A stretch of DNA of 64,000 bases. Source: Anthoceros angustus. Taxonomy: Eukaryota; Plantae; Anthocerotophyta. Below, in pieces: positions 12,401-25,659 of this stretch. The first letter of the stretch is position 1. Each line of letters starts with the position of its first letter. The notes below the pieces were generated by a model. That model was not told the origin of the DNA, ran no database searches, and saw only the letters and a list, made by a program, of their open reading frames with translations. The position numbers and the translations under genes were made by a program. Location of the stretch: assembly GCA_010909165.1 (NCBI GenBank), contig VJWM01000063.1:1054001-1118000 (forward strand). Direction: 5' to 3'.

Positions 12401-14758
12401 GAAGCCATCCTTGAGGCCGGGCTGAACGGAGGTCGTGGGGATGCAGTCAAGCCACTTCTCCAACGTGAAGGCCGAGGGGATTAGGAGGCGCTTGGGGTGA
12501 CTCACGGAAGCCATCCTTGAGGTCACTGAACGGAGGTCGGGGATGCAGTCGCAGCTACTTCTCCGCGAAGCAAGGCAAAGGCGGCGTGTGAATACATCGG
12601 CGTGTTGGTGTTGTGACTACTAGCCGAATGGATAAGGGAGAAGGGTCGGTTACTGCGTGTTGAGGTGGAGTTGTGGCGGACGAGTTGAGGAGCCTGGGCT
12701 TAGAGTACGATCGATCAAGGAACGCCGCTAAACCTGCTCCGTATCGAGAAACCGGGTGGTTTGTGGGAAGGTCCGGCACGCGCGCTACCGTCCGACGAGT
12801 TGTGGAGGGCACACACTTAGGGTTGTGGAGCCGACCCAACATGATGAAGTCCGCTCAGCGATAGAGCTCAGCATAAGCACGAGACCATTCCTGGGAACGG
12901 ACTCCTTCCTACAACGACACGGATTGTGCGCGCCTACCGCACATCGAAAGTCGCGCCACATTTTGGCGCCGTTGCCGGGGAATGGTATTGTTGTGGACTG
13001 CTGCCTGAGTTAGTAGGTAGGAGTAGGACGGCTGCCAGATTGCGGTTGTGGATGGGTGTAATGGTCGGGCAGTTTGTGGAGTATATAGAAGTAGGGAGGA
13101 TGCACAGGACCGGACGCCGAGGGTGCGAATCTAGCGGGAGGCCCAGCATGCTCAAAGGGAGAAAGAAGATGGGCACGGGCGCTGGGGAGGACGACACATC
13201 AACCTCGGAGGAGGAGGGCGACTCATCCTCAACGGAGGATGAATCTTGGTAAAAGGTTCCCAATGTTGCCAACTGGCGACACCGAGGAGGTAGTAAAAGC
13301 CGAGAAGGGAGAGTCCGACTGAAGAGCGGAGTATTGTTCGGGGTGTTGGCGAGGCCGCCGATGAGAAGGGAGTATGGAGTGCCAAACCGATGTCCGTACT
13401 CGGCCGGGTCACATCTAAGAGGGATAGGGAGGAGTGGTCTGGCGAGGTCCGACGAGTGGTCCGTCCTTGAGACGGAGGTCCGTCAGGTCCGACGAGTGGT
13501 CTGCCGGCGAGGTCCGACGGAGTGGTCTGCTCGAGGTCCGATGAGGTCCGTCTCGGCGAGGTCCGATGGAGTGGTCTGCCGGCGAGGTCCGACGAGTGGT
13601 CCGTCCGGGCGAGGTCCGGATGAGTGGTCTGCCCGGCAGGTCCGACGGAGGGTCTGCGAGGTCTGGAGTGGTCTGCCCGGCGAGGTCTCACGGAGTGGTC
13701 CGCTCGGGCGAGGTCCGACGGAGGGTCTGCCCGCGAGGTCCGTGAGTGGTCCGTCCGGCGAGGTCCGACGGAGGGTCTGGCGAGGTCGGAGTGGTCTCGG
13801 GCGAGGTCCGACGGAGTGGTCTCGCCGGGTTTAGTTTGGTGGGCATCGCCGCATGGATCTACTGCTTGGGGAAGCTGGTGCAAGAAGTCCGCGCAGGATG
13901 AGCCACGCCGTTACTACGACCTGTGGTTAGGATACATACATAGGCGGTTAGGTTAGGGTATGGGAGTATAGGAAGGCTCGGCCCAAGACGGACTATCCCG
14001 GTACCATCTTCGGCCTGTGGTGTTTGCTCTCCGTGGCTCGAGGAGCGGAGTGAGTTCCTCGCCACCGCGGTGATTAATTGGTGGTAGAGGGATGTGTTTA
14101 GAGCTCGTGACGAGCTCCGCCAACACGCTTGATGGGTGCATCGGGGTCGGACTGAGCTTAGAGGCGCTTGGGGTGACTCCGCTGGGGTGGAAGCCATCCT
14201 TGAGGTCGCCGGAACGGAGGTCGGGGATGCAGTCGCAAGCCACAGTAACGCGGAAGCACTGGAGGGGATTAGGAGGCGCTGGGGTGACTGCGGAAGCCAT
14301 CCTTGAGGCCGGAACGGAGGTCGGGTTGCAGCCGCGGGTTACCCGGGCGTGAAGCGCTGGAAGGCAAAGGCGGCCCGTGAATACATCGGCGTGTTGGTGT
14401 TGTGACTACTAGCTGGAATGGATAAGGGAGAAGGGTCAAGCAGTGTGTGTTGAGGTGGAGTTGTGGCGGACAGAGTTGAGGGCCGCTAGAGTACGAGATC
14501 GACGAAGGAACGCCGCTAAACCTCGTTAGGTAATCGGAGAAATCGGGTGGTTGTGGGAAGGTCCGGCGGTCGCGCCGCCTCGTCCGACGAGTTGTGGAGG
14601 GCACACTTAGGGTTGTGGAGTCACGACCCAACATGATGAAGTCCGCTCAGCGAGCAGTCGTAGAGCTCGTAATAAGCACGAGACCATTCCCCGTGGAACG
14701 AACTCCTTACTACAACGACACGGATTGTGCGCGGTAGCCATCGGCAAAAGTCGCGTCA
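3408..14758 (+). mobile_element. Tandem array of a non-coding LTR retroelement (LTR-internal)n-LTR, 7 LTR segments
   Basis: LTRs TGTGGAGTGCC...GTCGC(G)CCACA at 3408-5039, ~5152-6536, 6920-8387, ~8778-10190, 10579-~11315, 11507-12960 and 13375-14758. Complete internal LTR ends are followed by a PBS (best TTTTGGCGCCGTTGCCGGGGA at 12961-12981, tRNA-Asp type). Complete internal LTR starts are preceded by PPT ATGAGAAGGGAGTA. Outer flanks are GGTAC and GTAC; an uninterrupted paralogous site TATGGGTACACCC lies at 15001. Confidence 0.9.
3560..3960 (+). repeat. GC-rich ~27-30 bp minisatellite inside each LTR
   Basis: Unit approximately GGCGAGGTCCGACGGAG(T/G)GGTCTGCCC, more than 10 copies per LTR. It produces most of the spurious Arg/Pro/Ser/Gly ORFs in the track. 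Confidence 0.9.
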
Positions 14759-15671
14759 GTACACCCTATCTTTCTAGCATTGTTAATAATTTCCCACATC
14801 CTTGTTACTTGTAGTTCTCGACCTGCTTGGTGCAGCCATCTTAACAGTCCGGCACTCTCTCTTCCCACCTCACCCTTATAGGTACACCCATCTTTCACAA
14901 GCATTGTTAATAATTTCCCACCGCCTCACGGTCGTAGTTCACCCCTGCTTGATGCGCAAAATCTTAACACGAACTCGGCACTCTCTTCCCACCTCACCCT
15001 TATGGGTACACCCCATCTTTCACAAGCATTGTTAATAATTTCCCACTTGCCCTTGTTACAGTCGTTGTTGCAATTTTATGTAGCACTTCCAACTTGCAAC
15101 ACGTTTTGATGGCTTGGTGTTCAGTTGGTCGATTTTTTCTCTACCTTGTCCAACCATCCTAACACAATGCTTGGTCTCTCACTTTATGTACCACTTCAAA
15201 ATTGCAACACTCTATGGTGGCTTGGTGTTCATGGTGTCAATTTCTTCTCCACCTTCTCCCACCATCTTAACACAATGCTTGGTCTCTCTCCTTTCATCTC
15301 ACCCTGCTAGTTATTGCTCCCCTTATCACACCCTTTTTATAGTCTTTTACTTCTTCTCCTCCATCATGACTTTGAGATGGAGCTCCCCTATCACAATCAT
15401 TTTATACTCTTCCCCTCTTCCTCTTGCAACATGATTGTAACAATGATCTTTCTCCAGTTGGGGTTGTATCCTTCTTTCTATTTTACCTCCTTTGCATATC
15501 CTTTGTATACGTATATATGTATATAGGCTTCAAGACATAAGTATGTGTAAGTATGTGTACATATAGTGATGATTTATTGAGGTGAAAGAACGATGGAAAG
15601 AGACCATCTAGGAGGGGACAACATATGGGGACCCGAGGGTCGGAGTGAAGAGGAGCAACTGGGCTCCCTAC

Positions 15672-17850
15672 TTTTTAACTCTAGAGAATACTGGGAATCC
15701 AAGTCCAGCCAGCAATCCACAAACGCACGGGTCCCTTTCACTTGCAATCCAGCCAGGGTGCCCAAGCCTGGGTAATCGGCAATGACATGCAACACCACTG
15801 CTCGCAACCTGAAATGCCTCCTAGGATCATTCACCACTATTGAGAATTCTTCCATGTCCACCCCTCTCCACAGCTCTTCCAGTTCTTCTACCAGCGGTGC
15901 CATATAAACATCAAAATTTTTTACCATTCGCGGTCCTAGTACAATCAAAGGCATGATGACATGGGCATCCTTCAACTGTGTGGAGGCATATTGTGAACGA
16001 ATATCTAATCGCCATATGGACGTGTTTACGCACTCACAAATGGGCCGGGCCTAGGGATAATGCCAACCTGCGAGGCTCATCCGCGAACCCTCCAAGCATC
16101 AAGTGCTCTCAAGCCGGGGTGTCCGCCATCATGGACATGTCCCATTCTCGCTTTGCCTCCCGACATACCAAGTCATCATCCATCTATTTTATCTCCTTTG
16201 CATATCCTTTGTATTACATATGTATATAGGCTTCAAGACATAAGTATGTGTAAGTATGTGTGCATAGTGATGATTTATTGAGGTGAAAGAGCGATGGAAA
16301 GAGACCATCTAGGAGGGACAATATATGGGGACCCGAGGTCGGAGTGAAGAGGAGCAACTGGGCTCCTACTTTTTAACTCTAGAGAATACTGGAATCCAAG
16401 TCCATGACAATCCACAAACGCATGGGTCCCTTTCACTTGCAATCCAAACGGTGCCCAAGCACAGGTAATCGGCAATGACATACCGCTGCTCGCAACAATG
16501 CCTCCTAGGATCATTCACCACTATTGAGAATTCTTCCATGTCCACCCCTCTCCCACAGCTCTTCCAGGTTCTTCTACAGCTAGTGCCATACATCAAAATT
16601 TTTACCATTCTCCTAGTACAATCAAAGGCATGATGACATGGGCATCCTTCAACTGTGGTGGCATGTGGTGAATACAGGCGCCATATGGACGTGTTTACAG
16701 ACCAGTGGCCAAATGGGCTGAAGCCGTCTAGGGATAATGCCAACCTCAAGTTGCGAGGCTCATCCGCGAACCCTCCAACTGCATCAAGTGCTCTCCAAGC
16801 TGGGGTGTCCGCCATCATGGACATGTCCCCATTCTCGCCTCCCGACATACCAAGTCATCATCCTTCTCAGGCGGCCGAACATGCGCTTTCAATCGCTCTT
16901 TAGAGGAAAATGCCGAGGACCTGCGTGAACATCGTCGCTCATCAAACCCTTCCTTGTACAAGGCAAGTACATCGTGGGCAATGGAAGCAAACATACTTGC
17001 CCTCGAATGTAACACAATCTCTCTCACAAGCATGGATTTTCATGTATCTTGGCCCAAACATGTTCAACAATGACTTTGCCTCGTACATGTCCTTGGGTAG
17101 CTTGTTTGGAGCTGGCAGAATATTCACTCTTAAGAGCTTTGAAAGTGCTCTTAAAGCGACGTCACTGATGTCATACATGATTTGCCACGATAGCAACAAC
17201 AGTGTGGCGCATAGCCTGCTTTCTTTCGATTGGACTTCCTCTTCAATGTGGTATAACGGCGTTTCGCCAACAGCTCGACAAGCAGCGGTCCTGGCCTCCA
17301 TTCCTGCCGCGCCCACTGCAACATCCGTAGCTTCTAGCAACTCGTCCACGGTATGCATTTCAGGCATATCATCACCTCCCGGACCCTTGTCCATACTTTC
17401 GGCGTCGGAACTACTAGTTTGGGCGGTGAGATGGCCATCGCTGGTTCCCCTGTCAGACCCAACTGAGCCCACATGCGAATCTATCTGGTGTGGGGAGACG
17501 CCTGCAAGGCTGCTACCCTCATCTATGTGTGCTCGTGGCTCGCCAAACGCAAAAAAAATAACATTAATGCTAAGATTGGAGTGCACCTGCTGTCGAGTCA
17601 CGCGAGAGAACTCACAGCCGCCGCGGGTGCCTGTAGCAGCTGGCGCAGACAATGCACTCTTGAAATATGTGCCAGAATACAAGCATGAGAGCTCTCCACA
17701 CACTGACAGCAAGGACAATACATGTACACCGCATCTACATTTCGTGGCATCCTCCCCAAGGTCGTGATCTGGTAGTCACGGCAAGCACAACATAGCCTGG
17801 GAGGTACATCCGATATGTGAACGCCACCATCCCCGCAGTATACTATCGTG
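15672..17850 (-). pseudogene. CACTA TnpD-type transposase, N-terminal half (inverted, frameshifted, partly duplicated)
   Basis: Minus strand gives MYCPCCQC, KIHACERDCVTFEGKY..CPRC, RNLRLALSLDGFSPFG, DVYMAPLVEELEELWRGV and FRLRAVVLHVIADYPGLGTLAG, which are Transposase_21-type motifs. Confidence 0.9.
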
Positions 17851-20800
17851 AATTCGCAGATTTATGTTGGAACCAGGAGGTGGTTGATAGACGGCGATAG
17901 TGGACGGTGGGAAGACATGGACTGGTATGATGGATGGCTGGAACTCCGACCCCCACCCAGGCCACCAACGTTTGTTGATGTGGTGACTGATATGGTACAC
18001 AGAGAAGGTGTGACACCAAAGATCCGTCAACAGGAAATTTTTGGAACTCCATGACTGTCGCCTTGTTTTGCCGCCATTGGCCACCGCTGTGGGCGCCAAA
18101 GGATGTCATGCACGTGGAAAAGAACAATGCAGAGGCCATATGGCACACTTTGATTGGAGAATGAGACGACCTGGCATCAAGGATGGACATGGAAGCCAAT
18201 GGATGGAAAAGGTGGTACTGGCCGGTAGGAGAGGACGGCCAATGCCTCGAGGCATTATACGTTTTGTCGAAAGACAACCTCTGTCGAGTCATAAAGTTAA
18301 TTAAAGGCATAAAGATGCCCACAGGCTGTGGGTCTAACATAGGAGCGAAATTAGATGGGGGCAAAGTTGGAAGCTTGAAGTGCCATGACTGGCACATTAT
18401 GCTGGAAATCATCTTCCCCATCGTCCTTCAGGGGTGCATAGAGCCAGAGGTGTAGAAGGCGGTTGTGAAGCTAGGCCGGTTGTACTGATGGATTTGCGGA
18501 CAATACCGGGCCATGAAATTCAAGCACAGCGAGAAGAGGCTATGCGGGTGATGTGCTCTTTGGAAAAGAAATTCCCTCCAAAATTCTTTGATATCTCAAC
18601 CCACCTCATAATGCATTTAGTGGACGAGGTCGCGGCTCTGCACACTGTGGATTACCCGGGAGAGAGATACTTAGGATCCAGAAGGACAAGATAGGCCAGA
18701 AAGGCTAGAGTCCAAGATAGCCGTGGGGTATGAGAGAGGAGAGTATGCATTTGCATGTCATTCCTCCGCACTATGGTCACATCGGTGGATCATGGAGTCC
18801 AGAGGACCATGTGGGAGAGGAGCTGGGTGTCACGTACACAATGGATGCCGCTGAGGTGCATCGCCCATACTTATGTGTTGTATCTCACTAAGGTGATGCA
18901 CCTGGACATATACTGACGAAGAGGTGAGGATGTAAGGTGCCCAAGGAAGAACGATGAACTTTCAAGAGGTGGGTAATGGAAGAAGGGGGTGAGCGATGGA
19001 GGCATCTCATATGACCCATGAAGTGAGCTATCATGGATGGCCTACGCGCACGGCACATAGTCACGTGTGGAACAAAGGCGCCCGCCACTTTAGCAATGGA
19101 GGCATAAACGCGCCAGAGTACAAAGGATAGTGCAAGAGCAAAGTTTATCATGAGTGGACAGCTGGGAACCTAAAGAGGAGCACGTGTTCTATGGCCACAT
19201 AGAACAACATCATGGATGGCCCTTCGCTGCAAAGTACATAGTCACGTGTGGAACAAGGTGCCCGCCACTTAACAATGGGAGGCATAAACGCGCCGGTACA
19301 AAGGATAGTGAGTGGGCAAAGTTTATCATGAGTGGGACAGGGCTGCCGGGAACCTAAAGAGGAGCACGTGTTCTATGGCCACATAGAACAACATCGCGGA
19401 TGCCTTTCTGAGGAGTATAAACCAATTTTGTTGAAGGTTCGATGGTATGAGTGTCGCCAGAGGACAAGGCCATCGCTAAGTCGTGACACGGTTGACCTCG
19501 TGAATACCGAGAAGGTTTGCTCAGATAGTGCGGTATGCAAAGTTTATCATGAGTGGACGGTGAGGAACCTAAAGAGGAGCACGTGTTCTATGGCCACATA
19601 GAACAAATACTGCGGATGCAGTTCTCGGAGGAGTATAAACCAATTTTGTTGAAGGTTCGATGGTATGAGTGTCGGCCAGGAGGGACAAGGCCATCGTTGC
19701 GAAAGTCGTACACCAGATTTGACCTCGTGAATACCGAGAAGGTTTGCCTGTATAGGGTGCGCTCCATCGATGGTCCATTTGTGTGGCCATCGCAGTAACT
19801 CGCAGTACGCCGCATCCGAGATGCGGATGGAAATAGGGGTGGCCCGGCCGCAGTTTACGGCGAGGGATGGAGGAGGAGGAACCCATGCGTGGCACATAGC
19901 TTGTGGCATGTCGCTTACTTAGTCAAGGATGGACATGGAAGCCAATGGATGGAAAAGGTGGTACTGGCCGGTAGGAGAGGACGGCCAATGCCTCGAGGCA
20001 TTATACGTTTTGTCGAAAGACAACCTCTGTCGAGTCATAAAGTTAATTAAAGGCATAAAGATGCCCACAGGCTGTGGGTCTAACATAGGAGCGAAATTAG
20101 ATGGGGGCAAAGTTGGAAGCTTGAAGTGCCATGACTGGCACATTATGCTGGAAATCATCTTCCCCATCGTCCTTCAGGTGCATAGAGCCGAGGTGTAGAA
20201 GGCTGGAGGGTGAAGCTAGGCCGGTTGTAATCGATGGACGGCGACAACAAGGCCATGAAATTCAAGCACATGAGAAGAGGCTATGCGGTGATGTGCTCTT
20301 TGGAAAAGAAATTCTCCAAAATTCTTTGATATCTCAACCCACCTCATAATGCATTTAGTGGACGAGGTGGCTGCATTGCCTCTGCACACACCTGTGGATT
20401 ACCGAGAGATACTTAGGATCCAGAAGCGACAACCAAGGCCATGAGGCTAGAGTCCAAGATAGCCGGGGTATATGAGAGAGGAGAGTATGCATTTCGGCAT
20501 GTCATTCCTCCGGCGTTACTATGGTCACATCGGTGGATCATGGAGTCCAGAGGACCATGTGGGAGAGGAGCTGTTGGGTGTCGGTCGCGTGTACACAATG
20601 GATGCCGTTGAGGTGCATCGGGCCCATACTTATGTGTTGTATCTCACTAAGGTGATGCAGCCGTTTTTGGACATATACGACGAAGAGGTGAGGATGTAAG
20701 GTGCCCATGAAGAACGATGAACTTTCAAGAGGTGGGCAAGAAGGGGGTGAGCGATGGGAGGCATCTCATATGACCCATGAAGTGAGCTATCATGGATGGC

Positions 20801-23450
20801 CCTTCGCTGCAAAGTACATAGTCACGTGTGGAACAAGGTGCCCGCCACTTAACAATGGGAGGCATAAACGCGCCGGTACAAAGGATAGTGCAGTATGGGC
20901 AAAGTTTATCATGAGTGGGACAGGGGCTGCCGGGGAACCTAAAGAGGAGCACGTGTTCTATGGCCACATAGAACAACATCGCGGATGCCTTTCTGAGGAG
21001 TATAAACCAATTTTGTTGAAGGTTCGATGGTATGAGTGTCGGCCAGGAAGGACAAGGCCATCGCTAAGTCGTGACACGGTTGACCTCGTGAATACCGAGA
21101 AGGTTTGCTCAGATAGTGCGCTCCATCGATGGTCCATTTGTGTGGCCATCGCAGTAACTCGCAGTACGCCGCATCCGAGATGCGGATGGAAATAGGGGTG
21201 GCCCGGCCGCAGTTTACGGCGAGGGATGGAGGGAGGAGGAACCCATGGGCGGTGGCACATAGCTTGTGGCATGTCGCTTACTTAGCTGCAGGGATGGGGC
21301 ATAACCTGCATGTCAAGTGGGCAATAAATTATTTCCAAACTAACAGACATAATATCCAATGGCAGAATGTGCCAATACCCAAGTGTCGTGTGGGATTGGT
21401 CAGTGGAAGACGATTATTAATGGTAAAATGCAGCAATGGGCACATTGAGAACGCTGCGCCATGTGGGCAATATAATACAACATGAGTAACGTACAGCGTA
21501 ACCAATGGGACATGAAACTTGCTCCCAAGTCTGTCGAGGTTGTGGTCAGAAAATTGTTGTGATTATGGGCAAATAGCATGTGGACATTCAACATGCTGGT
21601 CCCGGCCAAGAGGAGTAAATGACAACCTGCTGGGCCTTTGCAAACAAAGCTTTTTCAAAATAGCAGCCTTGAATTTCGACAGCCGGGACTTGCTCGAGAG
21701 GTGTTTCAACTTCGCGATGGCACGGCGGTGGTGAACAATCGGTTCACGGGATGGGGAGTATGGCGAGGTGAAGCTTTTGGGGAGTCACGATGAAGGCGCT
21801 TATGAACACCATACGAAAGTGGCATGGCCACCACGACCTGACCGGACTGGGGTGCAGGAGGATGGGGCCAACCGCCCGGGCTATCTCGCTCATCCACCGC
21901 ATCTACCGCGTCTCCATTCAACATACCACGACCGAGAAGCGCCACCGTCAAGACTAAAGGTTAGCGAGGTTAGAGGCGAGGTGACATGGCTGCGGAGCGA
22001 CTTGTCACGATGAAGGCGCTATGAACACCACGGTCGAAGCGGGCGTCACCGAAGCCGGCCGGACCGTATCCGGTGGGGAGGATGAGGCCAACCGCTCGGG
22101 CTATCTCGCTCATCCAGCACCCGGTGCTCCATTCAAAATATGTCGGCGACTGGAGAAGCGCCACCCGTCAAGATCGAAGGCAGTTAGCGAGGTTAGAGGC
22201 GGTGACATGGTACGTGGGCGACTTTTCTTGATGGCCAGCGGGCGCACAATCCGTGTCGTTGTAGGAAGGAGTCCGCTCCCAAGGGAATGGTCTCGTGCTT
22301 ATTCTCGCCTCGAGCTCATGTACCACCATCTCCGAACGGACTTCATCGTTGGGTCCGCGGCTCCACAACCCTAAGTGTGTGCCCTCCACAACTCGTCTGG
22401 ACCAGCGTACCACCGACCTTCCACAAACCCCGCCTCGGACTCCAAGACTAATAACAGTTTAACGACGCTGCTCCTTCCGTCACCACGATTTCCAGCCTCC
22501 CAACTCCTCGCCGTCCACCAACCCACCTCATAATGCATTTAGTGGACGAGGTACGATTGTCTGTACACACTGTGGATTACCCGGGAGAGATACTTAGGAT
22601 CCAGTGGACAAGGCGCGCCAAACTAGAGTCCAAGATAGCCGGGGGAGAGAGGAGAGTATGCATTTCGGCATGTCATTCCTCCGGCGTTACTATGGTCACA
22701 TTATCATGGAGTCCAGAGGACCATGTGGGAGAAAAGTGCTGTGTCGGTCCAGTACACAATGGATGCCGTTGAGGTGCATCCAGGCCCATACTTATGTGTT
22801 GTATCTCACTAAGGTGATACCTGCCATGGACATATACTGACGAAGAGGTGAGGATGTAAGGTGCCCACGAACAAACTTTCAAGAGGTGGGTGTAAGAAGG
22901 GGGTGGCGCATGGGAGGGGCCCTCGCTATGACCCATGAAGTGAGCTATCATGGATGGCCCTCGCTGCAAGCACGGCACATAGTCACGTGTGGAACAAAGG
23001 ACACCCTCGCCAATCAACAATGGGAGGCGTACAAACGCGCGAGCACAAAGATAGTGAGTCAAAGTTTATCATGAGGGATGGTGGGCTACGGGAACCTAAA
23101 GAGGAGCACGTGTTCTATGGCCACATAGAACAACATCATGGATGCGCTCTGAGGAGTATAAACCAATTTTGTCAAGGTTCGATGGTATGAGTGTCGGCCA
23201 GAGGACAAGGCCATCGCGAAAGTCGATACACCGATTTGACCTCGTGAATACCGAGAAGGTTTGCTCAGAGCAGTGCGCCCATCGATGGTCCATTTGTGTG
23301 GCCATCGCAGTAACTCGGCGCCGATCCGGAGATGGGATGGAAATAGGGGTGGCCCCGCCGCCTACTTCGCGAGGGATGGAGGAGGAGGAACCCATGCGTG
23401 GGCACATAGCTTGTGGCATGTCGCTACTAGCCGTCGCAGGATGGGGCATA
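17851..23450 (+). pseudogene. CACTA TnpD-type transposase, C-terminal half (DUF4218/DUF4216-like), in about 3 degenerate tandem copies
   Basis: IYVGTRRWL, DVMHVEKN, IKMPTGCGSNI, LKCHDWHIML, LEKKFPPKFFDISTHLIMHLVDEV, FYGHIEQILRMQF..ILLKVRWY. Copies restart at ~19921 and ~22520. Confidence 0.9.
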
Positions 23451-24100
23451 AAATGTCAAGTGGCAATAAATTATTTCCAAACCAATGTATTACGTATCCA
23501 ATGGCGTAATGTGCCAATACCCTGCGGTGGGATTGGTCTGGAAGACGATTATTAATGGTAAATGCAGCAATGGGCACATTGAGAACGCCGCGCCATTTGG
23601 GCAATATACAACATGAGTAACGACAACAGAACTAATGGGACATGAAACTTGCTCCCAAGTCTGTCGAGGTTGTGGTCAGAAAATTGTTGTGATTATGGGC
23701 AAATAGCATGTGGACATTCAACATGCTGGTCCCGCCAAGAGGAGTAAATGACAACTCCGGCCTTGCAAACAAAGCTTTTCAAAATAGCCTTGAATTTCGA
23801 CGGACTTGCTCGAGAGGTGTTTCAACTTCGCGATGGCACGGCGGTGGTGAACAATCGGTTCACGGGATGGGGAGTATGGCGAGGTGAAGCTTTTGGGGAG
23901 TCACGATGAAGGCGCTTATGAACACCACGGTCGAAGCGGGCGTCACCTGACGACGGACCGATCACAGGTGGGGAGGATGAGGCCAACCGCCGGGCTATCT
24001 CGCTCATCCACCGCATCTACCGCGTCTCCATTCAACATACCACGACCGAGAAGCGCCACCGTCAAGACTAATAGCGAGGTTAGAGGCGAGGTGACATGGC

Positions 24101-25659
24101 TGCGGAGCGACTTTGCCGATGGCCAGGGCCAAGACAATCCGTGTCGTTGTAGGAAGGAGTCCGCCCAAGGGAATGGTCTCGTGCTTATTCTCGCCTCGAG
24201 CTCATGTACCACCATCTCCGAACGGACTTCATCGTTGGGTCCGGCGGCTCCACAACCCTAAGTGTGTGCCCTCCACAACTCGTCTGGACCAGCGTACCAC
24301 CGACCTTCCACAAACCCGCCTCGGACTCCAAGACTACCGAACAGTTTAACGACGCTGCTCCTTCCGTCACCACGATTTCCAGCCTCCCAACTCCTCGCCG
24401 TCCACCAACCCCACCTCAACACACACGAATACCACCCTTCTCCTTATCCATTCCTGCTAGTAGTCACAACACCAACACGCGATGTATTCACACGTCGCTT
24501 TGCCCCTTCCTACCGCTTTCACTGCTGGAGAAGTAGCTGCACTGCAACCCCACAGCCTCCGCTCCGGCCTCCAAGGATGGCTTCCGCCCACAGTCGCCCC
24601 AAGCGCCTCCTAATCCTCCTACAGCCTGGAGAAGTAGCTCACTGCATCCCCACAGCCTGCTCCAAAGCCTCCAAGGATGGATGGCTTCCGCCAGAAGTCG
24701 CCCCAAGCGCCCTAATCCTCCTACCGCTTCACGCTCATGAGGAGTGGCGCTGCATCCCGATTTTCTGCTCCAGCCTCCAAGGTTAGTCTCGCACCCGAGC
24801 AATCACCATGAGCACCTCCCGAGCTCAGTCCGACCCTGGCCGCACCCATCAAGCGGGTTGGAGCTCGTCACCGAGCTCTAAACACATCCTCTACCACCAA
24901 TTAATCCCCGCACGGTGACGCAGAACTCACCCGCCTCCTCGAGCACCAAGGCAAGAGCACACGGAGCGCCAAGATGGTACCCGGATAGTCCGCCTTGACG
25001 CCTTTTCCTATATACTCCCATACCCTAACCTAACCCGCCTATGTATGTATCCTAACCCCGCTATGTATGTACCTAACTGGTCGTGGTAATCACGGACGTA
25101 GCTCATCCGCCGGACTTCTTGCACCACCGCCTCGCCAAACAAGAGATCCATGCCGGCGATGCCCACCAAACTAAACCACCCGGCTGCACCACTCCGGACC
25201 GCCGGACGGACCACTCCGGACCTCTCAAGGACGGACCACCGCCGGACCGCCCGACGGACCACCCGTCGCCGACGGACCACTCCGCCGGACCGCCGGACGA
25301 CCACTCCGCCTGACCGCCGGACGGACCACTCGTCGGACCGCCGGACGGACCACTCACGTCGACCTCGCCCGACGGACCACCTGCCGGACCTCGACGGACC
25401 ACCCGCCGGACCTCGCCCGGACGGACCACCTGGCCGACCGCCGGACGGACCACCCGCCGGACCTCGCCCGGACGGACCACTCCGCCGGACCGCCGGACGG
25501 ACCACTGGCCTTCGCCTGACGGACCGAGGGTCTAGGATTGCACCGTGGCGCAACCGGCCGAAAATGGCCTTATTGGCTAACTCCTCCCTATCCTCTTTGA
25601 ACGCACCAAAAAGCAAAACAAGCCGCCAAGAGTACGGACATCGGATTTGGCACTCCACA
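24101..25659 (-). mobile_element. Solo LTR of the 3408-14758 family, inverted, with partial duplicates at ~22210-22525 and ~26095-27246
   Basis: Reverse complement of the LTR start (TTTGGCACTCCACA, ending 25659), the minisatellite, the CCTAACCTAACC motif and the LTR end (GCGACTTTGCCGATGG at ~24107). No PBS or PPT next to it. Confidence 0.85.

Noticed and set aside
12961-12981. tRNA-Asp gene
   Set aside because: Only the 18-nt complement of the tRNA 3' end (a PBS) is present; there is no cloverleaf.
3487-14634. Dozens of Arg/Pro/Gly/Ser-rich ORFs on both strands
   Set aside because: They are by-products of the GC-rich LTR minisatellite. Frames are not conserved between copies and no domains are recognisable.
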